DNA of 56,922 nucleotides, the filler included, from Actinomycetota bacterium (GTDB taxonomy: Bacteria > Actinomycetota > Acidimicrobiia > Spongiisociales > UBA4744), in assembly GCA_013152275.1 (NCBI GenBank). It is 3 parts of 3 records of this genome, joined end to end, with 100 filler letters (N's around TTAATTAATTAA, not from the genome) between each part and the next. Parts side by side here need not be neighbours in the genome. Positions count along the whole stretch, not along the records: positions 44,791 to 56,922 come from JAADGS010000008.1; 2 more parts are not named here. One strand, 5' to 3'. The position numbers and the translations under genes are program-made. A model generated the notes under the pieces. That model did no database searches. It worked only from the letters and a program-made list of their open reading frames with translations, and was not told where the DNA came from. Shown piece by piece: positions 49,279 to 56,922 of this stretch. Every line of letters starts with the position of its first letter. Within the stretch, counting starts at the first letter, position 1.

Positions 49279-49640
49279 TCTGGATCGCGATCGTACTGGC
49301 GGGAGGGTTCGGGGCTCTCGCACGGTATGAAATGATCGGGTTTGTTCAGCGGCGCGTACGTGATCCTCGGCCATGGGGGACATTCGTGGTCAACGTGAGC
49401 GGTGCCGCACTGCTCGGTTTTGTCGTTGGATCCGCTCCCGGCACCTGGTGGGCTCTGCCTGTGACGGCCGGCTTCCTCGGTGGGTACACGACGTTCTCGA
49501 CATGGATGGTCGAGACGATCTACCTTGCTGAGAGCGGAGGCACTGCGGGGATCCGTTCAGGGATCTGGAATCTGGCTGGAACACTCGTGATCGGGGCCGG
49601 TGTGGCCGGCATCGGATTACTGGTGGGAATGATGATGTGA
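49275..49640 (+). CDS. crcB: Fluoride channel Fluc/CrcB, subunit 2
   Basis: GGFGALARY, PWGTFVVNVSG, GFLGGYTTFST; ATGA overlap. Confidence 0.92.
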   Translation: MIWIAIVLAGGFGALARYEMIGFVQRRVRDPRPWGTFVVNVSGAALLGFVVGSAPGTWWALPVTAGFLGGYTTFSTWMVETIYLAESGGTAGIRSGIWNLAGTLVIGAGVAGIGLLVGMMM

Positions 49641-49653
49641 GGAGGAGAGGCAG

Positions 49654-49992
49654 ATGGAGAACATCGAAGACGGCAGCCTGCTGAGGATATTCATCGGTGA
49701 ATCCGATGAGTATGAGGGGAGACCGCTCTACGAGGCGATCGTGCTCATGCTTCGTCGCGAGGGGCTCGCCGGTGCGACCGTGTTTCGGGGGATCGAAGGG
49801 TTTGGTGCATCTTCGACGATTCACACCGCCAGGGTGTTGCGACTTTCGGAGGATCTTCCCATCGTGATCGAGTGTGTCGATCGCCGACCGGTCATAACGC
49901 GTGTCCTGCCGATCCTCGATGAGATGGTGACCGAAGGCCTCGTGACCGTGGAGAAGGCGGACGTGCGAATCTACCGGGGAAGGGAGGAGTAA
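49654..49992 (+). CDS. DUF190 (PII-like) protein
   Basis: LRIFIGESD, GLAGATVFRGIEGFG, LSEDLPIVIE; typical crcB partner. Confidence 0.92.
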   Translation: MENIEDGSLLRIFIGESDEYEGRPLYEAIVLMLRREGLAGATVFRGIEGFGASSTIHTARVLRLSEDLPIVIECVDRRPVITRVLPILDEMVTEGLVTVEKADVRIYRGREE

Positions 49993-50111
49993 CTGCCGGC
50001 CCGCGACGATCCGGTGCGTGGAGCAGGTGACGATCCGAGAGTCTTGGGGGGACGTCGGCGCTCCTGAAGGAGCTTCACGGAACCCGAAACCCGCTGTACG
50101 CTCATACCGTC

Positions 50112-51218
50112 ATGCAATGGCTGCGGGTTCGACGTGCCCTGCTCATGTTCGCTCTCATCTTCGTTTGGCTGCTGTCCACGGCCCTTCCGGCCCTGTCGGT
50201 GACCAAAGCGGAGCGCGATGCCGCCTGCGCCGACTCGAAGGCGGCCCAACAACTCTTGGAGGAAGCTCGCGCCAGGGCCAACGATGCCGAGGATCGCTAC
50301 GACGCCGTCAACCAGGAGCTGGAGCAGGTGGCGCTGCGGGTATTCCAGTTTCGGGAACGGATCGACGACAAGACCACGCTTATTGGGGAGATTCGTGGCC
50401 AGGTCATGGACCGAGCCGTCGAGATGTACATGAACGGCGGCTCGCCAGGAACCGAGGCCGTTCTGTTTGCCACTTCGGTCGACGCTGCACTCACCGGACA
50501 GGAGTTCCTTTCGATCATAACCGCAGAAGACGTCTCGTCGATCGACCAACTCGATGCCCTCAAGCGTGACCTGGAGCGCACCCGAAGTGATTGGCAAGCG
50601 GAGCAGGCACGACTCACCCTCCTCGACCAGAAGTCGGCCGCGGCGGCCGAGGAGATGAACTCGATCATGGAGGATCAGGCGGCGGCTTCCGCAGAGTTGA
50701 GCACCAAGTGCCGCGCTGTCGACCTGAAGTACCGGCAGGAGCAGGCACGGGCTGCCGCCCTGGCCGCCGCTCGCAAGAAGGGGGCTGCAGGTGGGGTTCC
50801 GGCCTCGGCCACGCCTGGATTCATCTGCCCGATGGACCCGGCGACGGTGCATTTCCGCGACACATGGGGTGCTCCCCGTTCGGGAGGCAGGACCCACAAA
50901 GGCACGGACATCTTCGCTCCGAAGGGACAACCCGTCGTCGCCGTTGCCGATGGAACGGTGCGTGTCTATACCAACAGGCTCGGAGGCAAGTCCGTGTGGG
51001 TCTACGCAACGTACGGGATCGATTTCTACTATGCGCATCTCAGCGGCTGGGCTGCAGGCCTCAAGACCGGTGACCGCGTGACGAAAGGTCAGATAGTCGG
51101 CTATAACGGCAACAGCGGGAACGCATACGGAGGAGCGACACACGTGCATTTCCAACTTCATCCGGGGGGTGGCTCTCCTGTCAACCCATATCAAACCTTG
51201 AAAAGGGCGTGCGGCTGA
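50112..51218 (+). CDS. Secreted coiled-coil M23 peptidase
   Basis: Signal peptide, coiled coil, HKGTD, YYAHL, HVHF. Confidence 0.92.
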   Translation: MQWLRVRRALLMFALIFVWLLSTALPALSVTKAERDAACADSKAAQQLLEEARARANDAEDRYDAVNQELEQVALRVFQFRERIDDKTTLIGEIRGQVMDRAVEMYMNGGSPGTEAVLFATSVDAALTGQEFLSIITAEDVSSIDQLDALKRDLERTRSDWQAEQARLTLLDQKSAAAAEEMNSIMEDQAAASAELSTKCRAVDLKYRQEQARAAALAAARKKGAAGGVPASATPGFICPMDPATVHFRDTWGAPRSGGRTHKGTDIFAPKGQPVVAVADGTVRVYTNRLGGKSVWVYATYGIDFYYAHLSGWAAGLKTGDRVTKGQIVGYNGNSGNAYGGATHVHFQLHPGGGSPVNPYQTLKRACG

Positions 51219-51742
51219 TGACCGAATACCGTCGCCGCATCGACACCGTTCTCGATCCGTCCTATGTGGCGGACGTGCAGTCCGTCGACTTGGCAGAGCT
51301 GCGTTCCCGGAAGAAGGTTGCAGACGAAGTCGAGACCGAGTTGTCGTACTACCGCAGGTTGCTGCACGGAAGACTGGACATCCTCGCGTTCGAGCTTCGG
51401 CGCCGGTCCGGGGAAGAGACGCGATCTCTGATCGAGGCGCTTCCGGACGTTCTCGGCGCCGGAGAGACGACGCAAGGTGGCCGCACCAGGTTTCCGACGG
51501 TCTTTGCACCGGACCTTCCAGACACTCGTCGGCGGCACATCGATCATGTGCTCGGTGACGATTTCCTTTCGAGGCTGCCGGCTATCGGCGACGATGAACT
51601 GGGCGACATTCGCGAATCCCTGACAGAGGCCGAGATCCACATCTCATCGAGCCGGAGGGCGGTCCAGAGGGTCGTGGATACTCTCCGCATCGAGCTCGTG
51701 CGGCGCTACAAAGACGACACGGCCGATCTTACGATCCTCTAG
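51218..51742 (+). CDS. rsiG: RsiG/AmfC family c-di-GMP-binding anti-sigma factor
   Basis: RRRID.VLDPSY, ETELSYYRRLLHGRLD, EIHISSSRRAVQRVVD, ELVRRY. Confidence 0.85.
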   Translation: MTEYRRRIDTVLDPSYVADVQSVDLAELRSRKKVADEVETELSYYRRLLHGRLDILAFELRRRSGEETRSLIEALPDVLGAGETTQGGRTRFPTVFAPDLPDTRRRHIDHVLGDDFLSRLPAIGDDELGDIRESLTEAEIHISSSRRAVQRVVDTLRIELVRRYKDDTADLTIL

Positions 51743-51827
51743 TGCGTGCATCCACACCGGGGGAGCCTCGCGAAAAGCGAGCCATCTGCAGGACGACCCC
51801 GACATGTGACGCGAACACGGCGGGGCT

Positions 51828-52772
51828 TTGACGGTGCTCGCCGACGTCGTCCGCTCCGGCCTCGTGGAGTCGACCCACGACGGTGCCATCGCAGCCGTGA
51901 CCGCGGAAGGAACGGTGCTCGCCTTCAGCGGCGACATCGACCGGGTCTTCTTTCTTCGCTCGGCGGCGAAGCCATTCCAAGCAACCGTATCCCAAGAGCT
52001 GGGAGCCGACCTCGTTCCGGAACAGATGGCCGTGGCTTGTGCAAGCCATCGCGGCCATCCTGTCCATGTGGCGATCGTCAGGTCGATGCTCGCCGGGGTC
52101 GGGCTCGACGAGTCTGCGCTGCAATGTCCTCCTTCGTGGCCCTCGTCTGTCGCGGCTCGTGACCAGGTCGTCGCGGCCGGCTATCGGCAGCCGGAGCGCG
52201 TATGGCACAACTGCTCGGGGAAGCATGCGGCGATGTTGCGTGTCTGCATCGCCCAGAGCTGGCCGATCGAGACCTACCTCGACCCCGAGCATCCGCTGCA
52301 GCGCAGGATCCTCGAGCTGATGGCCGATGTCCTCGGACATGATCCAGGACCGGTGGGGATCGACGGCTGTGGTGCGCCGGTCTTTCGCGGGAGTGTCAGA
52401 AGTCTCGCCCGTGCCTACGCGATGCTTGGATCGCAGGATCGCCTGGCGTACGCATGGGACGTGATGCACCGATACCCGGCTCTCACCTATGACCAGGGCT
52501 TGGCGCCGTCACTGATCGCCACCTGGCTGAATGCGGCGGCAAAGGTCGGTGCCGAGGGAATCCTTGGTGTTTCGATCCGCGATCAGATGGGTCTCGCCGT
52601 GAAATCCTGGGACGGTTCATTACGACCGACAGGCCCTGCCACGGTCGCGCTCCTCGAGCACCTGGGGTTCATCAGCCGGAACATCGCACGTGCGCTCGAG
52701 TCCGTGGCAGTGCCGGTGCGGGGAGGCGGCCACACCGTCGGGAGCGTCGTGGCTCGCGAAAACTGGGCTTGA
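51828..52772 (+). CDS. L-asparaginase II (rhizobial-type) family protein
   Basis: RSGLVESTH, RSAAKPFQA, ACASH, HNCSGKH, IDGCGAP, AKVGAEG. Confidence 0.9.
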   Translation: MTVLADVVRSGLVESTHDGAIAAVTAEGTVLAFSGDIDRVFFLRSAAKPFQATVSQELGADLVPEQMAVACASHRGHPVHVAIVRSMLAGVGLDESALQCPPSWPSSVAARDQVVAAGYRQPERVWHNCSGKHAAMLRVCIAQSWPIETYLDPEHPLQRRILELMADVLGHDPGPVGIDGCGAPVFRGSVRSLARAYAMLGSQDRLAYAWDVMHRYPALTYDQGLAPSLIATWLNAAAKVGAEGILGVSIRDQMGLAVKSWDGSLRPTGPATVALLEHLGFISRNIARALESVAVPVRGGGHTVGSVVARENWA

Positions 52773-52791
52773 AATAGTTGTCGACATGCCC

Positions 52792-52822
52792 TGTGGATAG
52801 GACCCTGTGGATCTGTGGAAAA
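52792..52822. promoter_or_regulatory. Three DnaA-box-like sites
   Basis: TGTGGATAG, TGTGGATCT, TGTGGAAAA vs consensus TGTGGATAA. Confidence 0.5.
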
Positions 52823-52903
52823 CACACGGAATGCGGTCTGAACAATGGCCAGTTGAGATCAATAGACAGCAATAAGATGCCGATTCTGGGCAAAACGAGG
52901 TCC

Positions 52904-52932
52904 TTGACTGGCCTGGAGCGAATTCGTAGTGT
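52904..52932 (+). promoter_or_regulatory. Sigma-70/SigA-type promoter
   Basis: TTGACT-17 bp-TAGTGT. Confidence 0.6.
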
Positions 52933-52938
52933 CGACGG

Positions 52939-53088
52939 TGCGAGGCCCAAGGTGCCGAAGCATGATCGTTACCTGTCAAGGGGAAGTGCGGGGACGGTTT
53001 GTGGAGGTTCCTTGGGCCTCAGCGCGCGGCAGGCAACCCGGCGGGAGCCGCGACGCTTGCCCTCCGATCTTGGTACAACGCAGGGTGC
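52939..53088 (+). ncRNA. Candidate structured small RNA
   Basis: Follows the promoter; GAGGCCCAAGG/CCTTGGGCCTC stem plus further hairpins; lies between convergent genes. Confidence 0.4.
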
Positions 53089-53172
53089 GATACGGAACAG
53101 GAAGTACGGAGCATGGGCTCAGCGTACGGAACACGAAATACCGTCTCGGCCCACGAAGCACGGAGTACCGGC

Positions 53173-54066
53173 TCAGCGGTCTCCTATGCCGAACATCACT
53201 TCGCGCAGGTTGACGGGGGAAGCGTCGAAGGTTTCCGGGTCGATGCGCAAGGACGCCAGGCGGAGGCCTTTCATGCCGTCGGTCACGTTTGTGAGTACCA
53301 GCAGGCGACCCTCTTCATGCTTGAGGAGTCCCAGACCGAGACAGCGACCTCTGCCATCGTGCACTCCGACGAGTATGTCGTCGAGACGCTCGAGGTCGAG
53401 GCCGGTGGGCAGAGATGGGGCGAAGACCGTCGGGCGGACCTTCCAGCGGTGCAATGGCGGCGCAAATGCCCGAGCGAACTTCTGTGCTCGTAGAGCGGAC
53501 CGTTCAACCGGTGAGGCCGGTGCGACGTCCGGATGAACTCCGACCACTCTGACGTCTGCAGAGAAGAACCGGCGGGCCATTCCGATGATCGGCTCGATTT
53601 CGCTACCGCGTTGCAGTGCCACCAAGACGTCGGGCCGGCACAGCTCCAGTTTGTGAAACTTGAGGGTCTGTCCGGTCACACCGGAGACGGCGCCGGTCGT
53701 GTCGATCACGATGAGATCCGCTTCCTCCCTCGCCTGGTCGACCAGCGTGGCCGTTGCGATGACCTCCTGGAGAACGAGGTGCTTGGGTGAGATCGACCCG
53801 ACGAAACGGAGCTCGTCCGCCTCCTCGAGTGTTTCGAGGTCGGCCCGCTCGCGCAGCCACTTGAGACCCACACAGGCGGGAGGGCCGACCGTCGTCTGCC
53901 CAACGTCCGCGTCGATGTAGGCAGCTCGCTTCCCCGCACCGACCGCGCTCTCGAGGAAACGTCGAGCGAAGGAAGTCTTGCCCGTATCCGGAGCTCCGAG
54001 CAGCATCACGACACCCCCCTGTGCGGTGAGATCCTGGATGAGAAGATCGTGGGCTGTTTCGGGCAT
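53173..54066 (-). CDS. Clp1/Grc3-like polynucleotide 5'-hydroxyl kinase
   Basis: GAPDTGKTS, DADVGQTTVGPP, FVGSISP, IDTTG, ERSALR lid. Confidence 0.85.
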   Translation of the reverse strand: MPETAHDLLIQDLTAQGGVVMLLGAPDTGKTSFARRFLESAVGAGKRAAYIDADVGQTTVGPPACVGLKWLRERADLETLEEADELRFVGSISPKHLVLQEVIATATLVDQAREEADLIVIDTTGAVSGVTGQTLKFHKLELCRPDVLVALQRGSEIEPIIGMARRFFSADVRVVGVHPDVAPASPVERSALRAQKFARAFAPPLHRWKVRPTVFAPSLPTGLDLERLDDILVGVHDGRGRCLGLGLLKHEEGRLLVLTNVTDGMKGLRLASLRIDPETFDASPVNLREVMFGIGDR

Positions 54067-54184
54067 GGGCCGATGGTAGTGAGCGTTGTCGCATCCGAAT
54101 CCGGAGTGCGGCCGATCCAAGAATCCTGGCCGTGCATACTCGCCTCGACTTGCGCGCCGGTCTCGGTCATTGGAGACTGTCCGC

Positions 54185-54991
54185 ATGAGTTTGCCGATTT
54201 CGTTCCTCTCCGATTTCGGGTTGGACGACGAGTTCGTTGGAGTCGTGCACGGTGTCCTGGCGAAGCTGGCGCCGGAGAGCAGGGTCATCGATATCACCCA
54301 CGGGATTCGACGGGGCGAGGTTCGAGCAGGCGCGCTCGCGCTGCTTCGCGCAATCCAGTATCTGCCCGAGGGCGTGATATTGGCCGTGGTCGATCCCGGC
54401 GTCGGGACAGAGCGAAGAGCGATCGCAGCCAGGACGCCATGGGGGTTCTTCGTAGGTCCGGACAACGGTCTCCTGTCTCCGGCAGTGGCGATGGTGGGTG
54501 GTGCCGACGTGATCGTCGCGATCGAGAACCCTGAAGTGATGATTCCGAGTCGAGGCGCAACGTTCGCAGGTCGCGATGTGCTTGCTCCGGCTGCGGGCCT
54601 GCTCGCTTCAGGAGAAGCAGGCCTGCTGGATCTCGGTCCCGAGGTCGATCCGGAGTCTGTCTTCCCCCTGCTGCTTCCATTGCCTGACACGGGGCCGAAT
54701 TCGGTGCAAGGCGAAGCGTGGTGGATCGATCACTTCGGGAACGTTCAGACGAATGTGGGACCCGACGACTTGTACGGTCTGGGAGCATCGGAGGGCGACC
54801 ATCTTGTGCTCATCGTTGGGAGCCGACGACACTCCGTCATTTGGGCGTCCACCTATGGGGACGTGCCGATTGGAGATGCGCTTCTACACACCGATTCCGG
54901 CGGCCTCATCTCGATCGCTGTCCGGGGGGCACGGGCAGACGAGCGATTCGGGCTTGCGGACGGGACACGGCTATCGATCTCAAAGGAGTAA
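54185..54991 (+). CDS. SAM hydroxide/halide adenosyltransferase family (DUF62)
   Basis: FLSDFG, IDITH, VVDPGVGTERR, GPDNG, TFAGRD, IDHFGN. Confidence 0.92.
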   Translation: MSLPISFLSDFGLDDEFVGVVHGVLAKLAPESRVIDITHGIRRGEVRAGALALLRAIQYLPEGVILAVVDPGVGTERRAIAARTPWGFFVGPDNGLLSPAVAMVGGADVIVAIENPEVMIPSRGATFAGRDVLAPAAGLLASGEAGLLDLGPEVDPESVFPLLLPLPDTGPNSVQGEAWWIDHFGNVQTNVGPDDLYGLGASEGDHLVLIVGSRRHSVIWASTYGDVPIGDALLHTDSGGLISIAVRGARADERFGLADGTRLSISKE

Positions 54992-55316
54992 CGGCACTCC
55001 TCCGCAGACACGAAGATCCGCACGGAGTACGAAACACGAAGTGCGAAGGGAGCAGAGGGGGAACGGGCGACCGCCGCCGGGGCGGGCTGGGAGGCTTACC
55101 TTGTCAAAACCTTGGCTGAACGTGCCTAAGGTCTCGTGAGCGACGGTACGCCCCATTACCCCGCGAACATTGTGTCCGCATGAACGAATCACTTCCGTTC
55201 ATACCGGCAGTATCGGCCGTTCGGGGGATTGCTTGAGCGTTTTTTCTCAGGACGCGGAGTGGTTTCGGGTGCTCAGGGTGTTGCGCGGTAGAGTACCGGC
55301 GAGGTGAGTGTGCACG

Positions 55317-55805
55317 ATGTTGAGGCTTGGTGAGCAGAAGCCGCACCGGGGCCGTGGTCTCGTGACCGTCGTCTTCGGGGTTGTGCTGTTCGTCGTCGGG
55401 ATGCTGGTCGCAGGGCCCTCCACTCCTGCGGCAACCGCCTCGCAAGCGGTGGCGGCCTCCATTGGGATCGCCGTGGTGCTCGGAGGGTCACTTCTCGTAC
55501 TGCTGGGCGCTGCGCATCTTTGGGTGGTTGGTCACCCCATGACGTGGCCTCGAAGCCTGCTGGCTGCGGTTCTGGCCGTCGCGGCTCTGCTCCTCGGGTT
55601 CGTCGTGTTCCCTTCCTGGTGGCTTTCCTCGATGCGAGGCATCGACCCGAAGTGGGCAAAGGACCTGGTGTCGCTCCTCTACATCCTGGCGCTCTTCGCC
55701 ACCATCGGACACCTGCTCAGAGAGCCTGTGGAAGGCGGACCCCGTACATCGGGCGTGTCCGCGTACGGCCGGACGCTTGTCAGGGGAGGCGGCAGTGGCC
55801 GATAA
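55317..55805 (+). CDS. Four-TM membrane protein
   Basis: Hydrophobic helices, PSWWL, TSGVSAYGRTL tail; overlaps cytochrome b start; start uncertain. Confidence 0.65.
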   Translation: MLRLGEQKPHRGRGLVTVVFGVVLFVVGMLVAGPSTPAATASQAVAASIGIAVVLGGSLLVLLGAAHLWVVGHPMTWPRSLLAAVLAVAALLLGFVVFPSWWLSSMRGIDPKWAKDLVSLLYILALFATIGHLLREPVEGGPRTSGVSAYGRTLVRGGGSGR

Positions 55806-56418
55806 GCAGGCGCGCAACCATGTAGTGATCCTTCCCCCCGCCGAGGTGAAGCGGTACGCCTTGCGTTTCACCTATACGCTGGGTCTCGGTGGAATCAGCG
55901 TCGGGCTGGCAGGAGTGCTCGCGGTCACAGGGATCCTTCTGATGTTCGGATACCGACCCGCGCTTGCCACTGCGTTTGTGGACACGCATGCCCTTGCAGC
56001 CGGCGGCTATTCGTCGTTCCTGCGGAGTCTGCATCGCTGGTCCGCCTACCTGCTCATCATCTCTGTGTTTCTTCACATGGTGAGAGTCTTCTACCACGGC
56101 GCGTATCGGGGTGTGCGACGCACAAACTGGGTGATCGGCGTCCTGCTGCTGGCAGTCGTGGCCGCGATGGCCGTCAGCGGCAACATTCTTCCCTGGGATC
56201 AAAGGGCGATGGCGGTAGGGGCGGTTGTCGAGACGATCACACGCTCCGTCCCGCTCATCGGAGGCGCTCTCAAATCTGCACTCTTCGGCCCGACGCCGGA
56301 TGCGATGCTCCTTCGTGCCTATGTGTTCCACGTCGTTCTGCTTCCGTTCGTTTTCCTCGTGCTCGCCGCCGTCCATCTGTGGAAGGTGCGCAGAGACGGC
56401 CTCTCTGGACCGGTGTAA
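55795..56418 (+). CDS. Cytochrome b N-terminal (b6/QcrB-like) subunit
   Basis: FTYTLGLGG, TGILLMF, SLHRWSA..LHMVRVFYHGAY, NWVIG, LPWDQ, FHV...VHLWKVRRDG (four His ligands). Confidence 0.9.
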   Translation: MADKQARNHVVILPPAEVKRYALRFTYTLGLGGISVGLAGVLAVTGILLMFGYRPALATAFVDTHALAAGGYSSFLRSLHRWSAYLLIISVFLHMVRVFYHGAYRGVRRTNWVIGVLLLAVVAAMAVSGNILPWDQRAMAVGAVVETITRSVPLIGGALKSALFGPTPDAMLLRAYVFHVVLLPFVFLVLAAVHLWKVRRDGLSGPV

Positions 56419-56427
56419 GGAGCCGAA

Positions 56428-56922
56428 ATGGTCGATATCCCCGATGAACTGCTTCGGCGCATTGCTTCGGCGAAAGCGAAGGCTCTTGGCGAACCGTATG
56501 AGGAGATCCCCGGAATCTCGGTAGGCGATGGAGAGCCGGTGGTCCTTCCGGATGGTGTCGAGCCGACTCCTGAAGTCCCGGAAACCATTCCCGAGGAATT
56601 ACTCGAGCGGGAGGAGGCTTCGCGCGATGCGATTCTTGCCTCGTTGCCGCCGGCCCCGGTACGAAATGCCGTGCCGAAGAAGGTCGTAGCGAGGGCAAAA
56701 CCTCGACAAGCGCCCGAAACTCCACAGCCGACGTTGGAACCGGCAGTGGAACCGGCGACGGAACCGGCAGTGGAACCGGCAGCCTCGCCACCGCCGGACG
56801 TCTCGGCGATCCCGGAGAAGTTGTTGCGTCGTTCTGCGGAGGCGAAGGCGAAGGCGCTTGGTGTCCCGTTGGAGCAGGTGTTGGCCGAGATGTTGGGATC
56901 TGCAGCCCCTGCTCCTGCGGCT
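56428..56922 (+). CDS. Pro-rich protein with repeated IPExLLRR motif, runs off right edge
   Basis: AAGGAG RBS; MVDIPDELLRRIASAKAKALG...IPEELLER...IPEKLLRRSAEAKAKALG; EPAV repeats. Confidence 0.75.
   Translation, partial: MVDIPDELLRRIASAKAKALGEPYEEIPGISVGDGEPVVLPDGVEPTPEVPETIPEELLEREEASRDAILASLPPAPVRNAVPKKVVARAKPRQAPETPQPTLEPAVEPATEPAVEPAASPPPDVSAIPEKLLRRSAEAKAKALGVPLEQVLAEMLGSAAPAPAA

Noticed and set aside
52773..52900. Replication origin oriC
   Set aside because: Only three imperfect boxes, no clear unwinding element and no dnaA/dnaN context; kept only as a DnaA-box cluster.
52929..53213. 94-aa ORF downstream of the orphan promoter
   Set aside because: No RBS, runs through heptamer repeats into the Clp1 gene, and has no protein-like features.
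55170..55187. Possible Rex operator upstream of the cytochrome b unit
   Set aside because: TTGTGTCCGCATGAACGA has too many mismatches to TTGTGAA-N4-TTCACAA to support.

Overview
High-GC bacterial sequence whose gene content suggests Actinomycetota, probably Acidimicrobiia-like (inference). The window is three separate contigs joined by artificial N-TTAATTAATTAA-N linkers (1-30880, 30981-44690, 44791-56922), so adjacency across linkers means nothing. Contig 1 is mostly housekeeping: pckA, an IS1182 inserted at the asd stop codon, asd-lysC, cyclophilin, PHP, murJ, a response regulator/HEAT/GT2 module, mce, thiolase-glpX, HU, dnaX-ybaB-recR, an ABC exporter, a 5'(3')-nucleotidase, a phnDCE-like importer with two frameshifts, and a dGTPase. 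Contig 2 holds the best candidate for an undescribed system. Four co-oriented MerR-type promoters (TTGACA/C, 20-bp spacer with a TTCCA-N6-T(G/A)GAA dyad, then -10) each head a transcription unit: (1) glutamate dehydrogenase + FAD reductase, (2) archaeal-type class II GAPDH + Cu-type P1B ATPase, (3) an SPW membrane protein with a His/Met tail, (4) a small Cys/His protein + alpha/beta hydrolase + cyclopropane fatty-acid synthase. This looks like a copper regulon combining efflux, replacement metabolic enzymes and membrane remodelling, next to udgB and a sufB-less sufD-fdx-sufC unit. Contig 3 has asnA, a haloalkane-dehalogenase-like gene, a MoaD/ThiS-membrane fusion, paired fluoride channels, DUF190, M23 peptidase, rsiG, asparaginase II, a DnaA-box cluster with a candidate sRNA, a Clp1-like kinase, DUF62 and a cytochrome b module. 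No rRNA, tRNA or CRISPR array was found.
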